64,000 nt of DNA. Origin: Octopus vulgaris (lineage: Eukaryota). How positions within the stretch are numbered: position 1 is the first letter of the stretch; every line of letters starts with the position of its first letter. The position numbers were made by a program, and so were the translations under genes. Location: contig OX597814.1 of assembly GCA_951406725.2 (NCBI GenBank), positions 80,724,001 to 80,788,000 on the forward strand, written 5' to 3'. The notes below the pieces were generated by a model. It had not been told where the DNA came from. It did no database searches and worked only from the letters and a program-made list of their open reading frames with translations. Shown here piece by piece: positions 54,060 to 64,000 of this stretch.

Positions 54060-55169
54060 TTCTAGATCCTTCCCTTGCTGACTCTGGAAAATCTTAGAGG
54101 AGAACTTTTATAATTTTGATGGTGTGGCCCTTTATGCTGAATTATGTACATTTAGTGGCCTTATATAGTAGTAAGTTTTTACAATAGCAAATTTTTCACA
54201 TACTGCTCACACTTCATGTGCAAAGGCAATTAGTTTACTCATTTGTGTTTCTTGTTGACAGTTCCCATAGACCTTAGATAGTCTGCCACGGAATTATAGT
54301 TGATGGTTAGTGAATTTATTATTCACTTTGCACTTAATACTAGTGTCTAGTTGTCTTGTATATTTTTTGAGTCTCTTGATACTTGTTTGGAGATAGGTCA
54401 TCCATTTTAGTTGATTTTTTTCCTCCTTATCAATCTTTGTTACTCTCATTTGTTGATGAATGATAATTGCAGGATAGCATAGATGATATAGTAGAATTTT
54501 CAATGCTCGAGAGATGTAAGATTATTGATTTTCTATGTTTTGAATACTGTCCCCCAAAACTTCTGCAACTGATACAAGCCTGGTAAAAATTGGTTATCAT
54601 TTTTGAAACAAAGATATGATGATGCACCTTTTTTATGGAAGGCTGTAGCTGTAATCAAGCAATGGAAAGTAACTAAAGCATGTGGAATTATTACTATATA
54701 TACCATGGCTAGTGAGGAAACTGGGTTCGGCAATCACAAATTGCAGAATTACTGAAGGATCGAAAAGCCATTGCTTAGATGTATAGGGGAAGAAGAAGGA
54801 AGGTGACATGCACAGACTGGTGCTGTTATAGTAACCAGTCTGCTTCATGTAGTTCCTTTCCATCATTTAACATCCAATTTCCATCCTGGCGTCGGTTGGA
54901 TGGTTTGACTGGAACTGCTAAGCCAGAGAGCTGCACCAGGTTCCAATCTGGTTTGGCATGGTTTCTACAACTGAATGCCCTTCCTAGTACCAATAATTCC
55001 AAGAGTGTAATAGGTGCTTCTTACACAGGTGCAATCTAAATGACACTGGCAATAGCCACGATTACAGTTTCTTGGCTTGACGGGTCATGGTCACTTGTCA
55101 ACTACCCCATGAGGCCTCACATTTGAAGGTCATACGTTATACTTCCCCTCCATGTCCCTCACCTCTGTG

Positions 55170-55206
<37 letters not shown>

Positions 55207-55265
55207 TGTTCGTTTGTTTTCCACCTGCCTTCGTCTTTTGTTTATTTTCATAAAGCTTTCCGTTA

Positions 55266-55338
<73 letters not shown>

Positions 55339-55454
55339 ACATATAAGGGACGGCCATAATAGGACATCCAACTCACTAGAAAGAGCAGCCAAACTCCAAA
55401 CCACTAATTGTTGTAATTCTGAAATGGAAAGAGAAATAAAAACGTTTACCCTCT

Positions 55455-55548
55455 CCTTTCTGGACTATGCATAGTTTCAGCAATCATTTGTAAATAAATT
55501 AATTTTATTTATTTATTTACCACTGGCGTTGCCTCGTCAGCAGAAAAG
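55455..55548 (-). ncRNA. Canonical type I hammerhead ribozyme
   Basis: cttttctg CTGACGA ggcaa..gtaaataaat..atttatttac..ttgct GAAAC tatgcata GTC cagaaagg; all core nucleotides and three stems present. Confidence 0.88.
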
Positions 55549-55699
55549 CCAAGGACTAACATATATCCACGAGGCGATGATAAACATGCCTCGAGTCTCT
55601 ATGCCATAAATTTTCAAAATCCACCACGCTCGCGCGGTTTACTCAGCAGTAAATATAAACTGCCGATTTAATTTCAAAATTAACCAAAAAATCATTAAT

Positions 55700-55777
55700 T
55701 AATAAATTTTAGGGTAGCAAAAAATTCTAGAAAAATTTTTCTAGTATTTTTCTAGAATTTTTTGCTACCCTAAAATT

Positions 55778-55782
<5 letters not shown>
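55700..55782. repeat. 36-bp perfect inverted repeat at the end of the HHR-bearing element
   Basis: taataaattttagggtagcaaaaaattctagaaaaa and its reverse complement. Confidence 0.9.
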
Positions 55783-57185
<1,403 letters not shown>

Positions 57186-57699
57186 CATTAATACATGTAA
57201 AATGCACTTGCATGTTTAAAACTTATATATACTAGTATTTGTACCATAATATATGTACATAAATCAATAAGATAAAATAAAACAGAAGATTTTTTCAAGA
57301 ATATCATACAGTGGAATGTGGCTCTTTGAGGGAAAAAGTACACCTAATTTATTAAGTACAAAACAGCATAGTAAATATTATAAGAAGAGAATTGAATAAT
57401 AAAACAATAATATTGTGAGAGGAAAAACGAATAAGATTGAATAATAGCATTATTGAATAACCCTACTCAATAAATTTTATTAAATTATTATAGTAATTTT
57501 GAGTGGTAAAATAATAAATGTGTAGGCCTTGCAATTCCTTCAATATATACAAAATCAATTAATTTGCCTCTGGACATGTGTGTAAAATATAAGTTTAAAA
57601 AATTAGAAATTAAAAATTAAATTTGGTTAACAAAAGTTATGGGTAAGATTTAGTACAGTTTGACAGAAAAACAAGGGTAGGCATTAAAAACTATCAAAA

Positions 57700-58165
57700 A
57701 TCAAGACAGCTTACTAAAAATCAAAAGTTTTTTATTGTGTATGCTGGAATAGATGTTGATTTATTTGGTGGAAGTGGAGGGAATGCTGAGATCAAAGATT
57801 TGCTATCCATAGGGGATAGTTTGCAATTTCATAAGATATTAGTGAGTCTACAATGGCTCAAGAGCTCTATCTTTCAGTTTAGAGAATGTTAATCCTGGAA
57901 TAGAATATAGAACTTTTCACTCAGGCATAAATTGCATCTTATAGAGGTTCTGAATACCCTGTGCCTGTATGATACAGCCTTTCCAAAAGCAGCCTAGTGG
58001 ATTTTAAATAGCGAAGACTGTGTTTTTTTCCATGTGCCACATATGATTACCTAGGCTCATTGCAGATCTGTTTCCTGAATATTTAAAAGAATTTCTATAT
58101 TGGCAAAATCTTGTTTTAAAGGAATTCACTGTTGAGCCTGCGTACAGCCTGTATTCTCCCATGTT
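57700..58165 (-). mobile_element. L1/Tx1-like ORF2 C-terminal (zf-RVT-like) remnant
   Basis: SLFKIH*AAF..RHRVFRTSIRCNLCLSE..ILFQ. Confidence 0.5.
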
Positions 58166-58445
58166 GATTGTTCAACTAAAACCCCTCAAGACAGTGCTAC
58201 AGATGGCTGCAATCAAATGACTGAAACAAGTAAAAGAATATAAGAATATATATATAATTAAAAAGCTTCAAATGACCCATCCTTGTTTTTCTGTCACTTA
58301 GTTGTCCAGATGTTTTGCGTTCTTGTCCCATTTTGTATTTTATATATATAAGGATATATATATAAACAATTGCAGTGTGGAAAGTGTTTATAAGCCATTT
58401 AAGAAACACACAAAAACCGTTAGATTCACTTCAACATTTAAATTT

Positions 58446-58501
58446 AATTTGTCAAAACATTTTTATCACTTTGAGACCGCGACCTGTTCACTGACAAAAT
58501 T
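58446..58501 (-). ncRNA. Hammerhead-like motif with G3:C8 swap
   Basis: aattttgtca GTGAACA g gtcgc ggtctcaaa gtgat AAAA atg TTT tgacaaatt. Confidence 0.5.
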
Positions 58502-59081
58502 CTGTGCTGCATACACGGATATTACTGAGAGTGTGTAGAGGTAGCTGCCTCTATGGTGCTTATATGTGTGTATGACTTTTAATTACCATTATTGTCAGGA
58601 TCCTGATGCAGGGGTAGCTACATTTGTGGCATTATATTATAAGTGATGGGGTGATACAGACAGTCACAGAAGGTAAGGATTTCTATAGTTTCTGCCTATC
58701 AAATTGTTTTACAGGGCTGTAATAAACACTTACCCATGATGCTATGCATTGGAATCAAACCTGAAACCCAACTATTTTGAAGCAAACTTCTCAACTCCCA
58801 CAGCTATGCCAGCCCTTAATTTTTCAATACCTACAATCCACTGTCAAGGTAATTATCATCAATATTTGTAATATAAAGAAAATATGTTATAAAAAATATA
58901 TAAATTTATGTACCAAAATAAAAGCAAGAAAATCTATAAAGTATGGAATTTCCACAGATCTTTTTACTAATGATAATTGAACTAAAAAAATATTCCCCCA
59001 TTTACAGGCACTCTTAATTATTCCTATTAAGGCTGTGATTAGGAACCAAATAATACTTGATTATTTTCTTTTGTTTCTATT

Positions 59082-59125
<44 letters not shown>

Positions 59126-62100
59126 GTGTGTGTGTCCACCAACACACACATACAGCAATTGGTGAATGACTGGAAATTAGGGTAAACTAGCTCTCCTTCT
59201 TCTCCTTCTTCTCAAATGGGAAAAAATGTGTAATAAAGTCAATATAATAGCTATAGGGAGTTATAAACTAGGTGAAACTAGTAGTTATTACAGCTGACAT
59301 TTTCATTATTTTATTTAATTTGTCTTTTCTTGTGTCTTGCTTTTTGTCACAACAAACTTATAGGAATTTCAAAGTAAATATTTCTTATATTAATAATACC
59401 AACCAAGAAACAAAAACCCGTTCTGAATTTCATGCAGCCATTATCAACCCCCAGTTACTTAAAAGCACCAGTATATTGTAGTATATTGTAGTATAAAGCA
59501 CCAGTATATTGCAGGCAAACCAGTTCCCACAGGTCAAGAACAAATGAAACAAGTGAAAGATGGTGATGGCATGATTTCACAAGCAAAACTTGATGAAGAG
59601 GGCTGTCTATGTCAGCTGCAGGTTCCCTGATAGCTAATAAAACCAATACAAGATAGACAGGCCCCAACCACAGTAGCAACAAGGGGAAGTTTATTTCAGC
59701 ATCAGTACTGATGTGTCATAGTCATTTCTTAATCTTCTGTCCTCAAGTTCAGCTCAGCTTGGTATATTGCCAAGCATTATGATTAGGGAGTATAGCAAGC
59801 TACTAATTCTAAATATAAAGTCTTCTATCTATGCTTTATTTGGTGAATATAAAAGTACTTAAAAATTTATAGTAGTTTAAGTAATTTATGATTATACACA
59901 AAACTATATAAATATCATTTTTCATCAATACAAAATACACCAAGATATTTTTAATTGTTCTGAAGTGTACCGTGGTTTAAAAAAAAATCACTACTTCATA
60001 TGACTACTATTTTCGTTTATCATGGGTGCTTGGTTCCAAAACAAACAAAAAGCCAAAACTGGTAAATGAATCAGTGAAAAATGAATTATAGAGCACGTGG
60101 GGAAAATACACTTCATTTCCAAATCCTAAGTTGTCCCCTAACTTATCCAAAGAACTTCTCCAAGCAGTATTACAAACACAATGAATTGCTTCATCATCAT
60201 CATTTAGTGTCCATTGCTGAAGCTGGCATGGGTTGGATGGTTTAACCAGAGCTGGCAAGCTGGGGAGCCGCACCAGACTCCAGTCTGATTTGGCATGGTT
60301 TCTATGGCTAGATAACCTTCCTTTACAGAGTGTGCTGGGCGCATTTACATGGTACTGCACATGGGCATTTTTACATGGTGCCACACGGACTTTTTTATGT
60401 GGCACCACACAGGTGGCACTGCATGGGCTCTTTTATGTGGAACTGCACAGGCACTTTTATGTGACACTACCACAAGTACTTTCACCACCAGAGGAACCAG
60501 TCTTAACATTTCTGCAGAGTATGGGTCTTCTTGAGTATAGCAAGGCACCAGGCTGAAATAATATTTAGAGTAAAATTTAACAAGATGTGATTTAAAATTT
60601 AATAACATAGTAAATAATAAAGAATATATCAGTGAAAAATATTTTTTCTGTTCATTGGTGTTATGTTGATGGTTACTTGTACATAAATCTGTGTGAAAAA
60701 TACACTGACAGACAGGAGAGAGATGTAAACACAAGTGATAATCATTGCATTCTGGGTGGCTGAGCATTTGAATGGTCGCTGGGGATTTTTTTTGTGGTCT
60801 AAACGAAATCTTTGACTGATTGCCAACTTTGTTATCACTATTCAGTTTGTGTTAAGTGTAACATGGTTCGCAATTCAGTGTACCATGTATCCCAGATGAG
60901 TGATAAATGAAGATAGATATAAGCTATAATACTGAGAAGGAAAACAACAGTGAATGTAATGGGATACAAGTGTGTGTTCTAGAAACAACAGCCAAATCTC
61001 CCTTAAATTAAACACCTTTTCATCTGAAAATATTTACAATTTTTTTTTTTTTACCGGAAAGGTTTCTCCCATGATTCTTGAGTGCATATTGGTCAAAAAC
61101 TTTGGACAACTCAGTCCGGAGGTGAAGTGTGTGAAAAAAATTATAAACTTTCAAAAATTGTTTTTCATAAAAAGATTCCACCCATCATTTCAAAAGCTGT
61201 GGTGAAAAAAAAAAATGGAAAAATTTCACTCAAAATAGAGAAAATCCAACATGTATGAGCATCCTGATCCAAAACTCAGCTGATCATCTGCAAATAGTTT
61301 CAAATTGCTTACTTTTTCTACCAAAAAGGCTACTCTCATGGTTTTTAAGTGTGTAGTACAAAAAAATTTTTTTTTAAATAGGCCAAAATCAATCAGGATG
61401 GTGTGGAGAGGGGAGATGAAAAAATCATAAATTTTTAAAAAATTCTTTTCACAAAAAGATGTATGCAACTTCCTTACAAATAGCAAAAATCAGCTGCTAC
61501 ATATATGGCACTCATAAATTAGGTTAGCATCATGGTGCAGAGCTTAATTTGCATATCTCTACGTTTGATTGCTAATCATTAATTGAACAATATGAATTTT
61601 TATGAACAACACAGCATAAATGAGATGAAATGAAATACATTTAAATATTACTATGTCTCCCTGTAGGTGAAATAAAAATGTAGACATACAGTATATGCTA
61701 TTGACATACAAAAGAAAAGAAATGGGTAGTCTCCTGACAGACGGTTTGATGGTTTGTTGACTATTCTTCAGTGAAGATGTACTCAGCTTCCTTCCCTAGT
61801 CAATAGATGTGGTTGTGGGGTCACCCCGGAGGCTCCTGGAGAGAAGGAGAAAAGCATTAACACTGCGGACAATGCACAGATATTTAACAGACTAGACATG
61901 CTCACGCAGCGTGTACCACAAGTGGAAGCACCAAGGAATAGTGGTGCCACCCAGGTTAACTTCAGTGCCTAATGTGGTAATACAGACCTAGGTGTGGACA
62001 GACAAAGTACAGAGACCTGCAAAGTCTCTCAAAAGCACAAGGTTTACATTGTGACGTGCGCCAGGGGCATGGTGGTCAAGCGCATGATGCAGCTGGAATT

Positions 62101-62949
62101 GGTTACAAACGCCAACAGCAAGTAGCCTGGGAGAGTCCAATATTACAACTTAACAAAACAGGATACCTTCGCAGCAGAAAAACAAAAAACAAACAAAAAA
62201 CACATCTATGCCAAGTGACACTTATTTTGGAGTCAAACATTTTTGAATAAACTATGAGAGAAAAAAAAGAAAAAAAGATTTAAAATGTATTAAATGTAAC
62301 TGCTCAAGTGTCGGGTTTGAGTAACCATCATTCATTTGCTTTATTTTTTTCTTCCCCGCTTCATGTTTTGTCTGTCCTTGTATTGTCACCTTTGTATTTC
62401 ACCCTTTGTGGGTAATAAAGAATTAGTGGAGTAAACCCGAGAGGAGAAGAGGTAGAATATGATACCCTACCTCCAGCTGTAGATTACAAAGACATAATAC
62501 ATGAACTCATAAATACAGTAAGTAAAATTTTAAATGATGAAAATCTGATAAAAAAAAACTGAAAACAAAAACAGTTAAATGTAACCACCCAAGAGTGGAG
62601 TTCAAATGGTCATTTTACCTTCATTTTTATATAATTTCACCTTTCATCCTTTTCTTGTTTTGTCCCCACTTGTATTGTTCTGTCTGTCCTTGTGCCATCC
62701 ACTCTGTGTTTCAGGCCTTTGTGCCTAATAGAGAATTAAATCTTTGTATAAAAATGATTTTGGTCTTATATTTTGAAAGTGTCTAAAATATGTTTTCCTG
62801 AAGTTATTATTTTACTTGGCTGTGTGAAACTAAGGTGAGCTTTGTTTGTAAATTTGTTGGAGTTATTTGTCGAAGCTAATTGTTGGTTGAAGAACTGTTC
62901 TTATTGCTGTTGAAAGCAACCTGTTTCAAATTCCCCCGTGTGTGGGAAT

Positions 62950-64000
62950 TATTATTGTTTAAAATTTCTGTACAGCGTCAAGCCAATTTTTCTATGGGAA
63001 GTAACCCCAAAATTTGTGTGTTCAGCATTGGCCATTTTCCATGACTCAATGGAGTTGAAAGTTATACTCTGAAACTGTCACCAGTATCATCGGTGGAATC
63101 ACCATTGTCTCAAGTCATGTAAACACCAGTCATGTCACCACAAAATGTGGCAACAAAAAAAAGGAAAAGAAATATGGATGTACCTAGTTTGTCTACCGGT
63201 GAGTCACTGGTAACTCCTGAAAAATGAATTTGCTGGCAGCCTCGTCAAAAAAGGAGTTAAATCTGAAAAGAAATATTGAAGTACCCAGTTTGTCTACCAG
63301 TGAGTCACCTGTGACTCCCGGAGAAAAGAATTCATCAGCAGTGTCACCTAAAAGACTTAAGTTTTGCAGCCGCAGCTGGCAAGAAAAGAAAAAACATAAC
63401 TATAGAGAAAAAGGAACTTGCCAAGTATAAAGAGATGCTAAGAAAGGAGGGGTCAGAGGTTAAAGTGGCCTCTCCAAACACCATAATGAAAAACACAAAT
63501 AAAACAACTATTGTGTACAAAATGTTCAACATAAAAGCAAAGAAATCGATAAGGTATCCGGAGAAGCAGTGGAGGAGTGTCTAAAGCTGATATGGCAAGA
63601 TATCACTTACCTAACGAGAGGAAAAAGTTTCTGATGATTGAAGTAAAGATGGCTATGGAGGAGAAGGCGAAACATCACTCCAAACCAACCTTAAAAACAG
63701 AAGTAATTTTCCTCCCCACTTACAAGGGGAGGAGAACTTCAAGGATAAAGATAGTGAATATCCCACTGGAAGTGGATGCTGCCTGGTTAGTGACAACCAC
63801 AACCATAGACCTGGAGGAGAAGATTACACTCCTCCAAGCTACAGTTACAGAAAAACAGATTTGGCAGGGGCAAAGCTTCAATACATACCAGAGGTGATTC
63901 ATGTGGGAGAGGCCAGATTGGTCATCTCTGTAGAAGGATGTAAGCCCAGATGCTTTAACTGCAGCAAGATAGGCCACATAAAGGCCAAATGCAACCCTCC
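62950..64000 (+). mobile_element. L1/Tx1-clade LINE 5' region, decayed ORF1 with CCHC zinc knuckle
   Basis: KTEVIFLPTYKGRRTSRIKIVNIP..; in another frame EGCKPRCFNCSKIGHIKAKC (CX2CX4HX4C, 63951-63992); runs off the window. Confidence 0.8.

Noticed and set aside
59511-59657. Protein-like plus frame AGKPVPTGQEQMKQVKDGDG..
   Set aside because: Weak acceptor, phase does not match exon 52730-52800, no recognisable domain.

Overview
AT-rich eukaryotic intronic/intergenic DNA. The repeat landscape (dense (TA)n/(CA)n/(TATG)n/(GAT)n microsatellites, several tRNA-type SINE families, mariner/maT, R4/Dong, RTE and L1/Tx1 relics) suggests an octopus/coleoid genome; this is an inference. Nearly all ORFs in the supplied track are microsatellite or repeat artefacts, and no intact protein-coding gene is visible, only a few candidate small exons. 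The main signal is a dense, diverse set of type I hammerhead ribozyme (HHR) motifs, about 15 whole or half motifs found by eye. Many lie in or beside fold-back palindromes that look like Penelope-like element (PLE) pseudo-LTR or retrozyme-type non-autonomous elements. They include a fully canonical copy (55455-55548, minus), an intact minimal dimer-type copy (49300-49334), a 573-bp palindrome with an HHR on each strand (4775-5347), copies with long insertions in stem II, and apparent compensatory core variants (G3:C8 and U3:A8 instead of C3:G8). All alignments and folds were done by eye; repeat boundaries are approximate.
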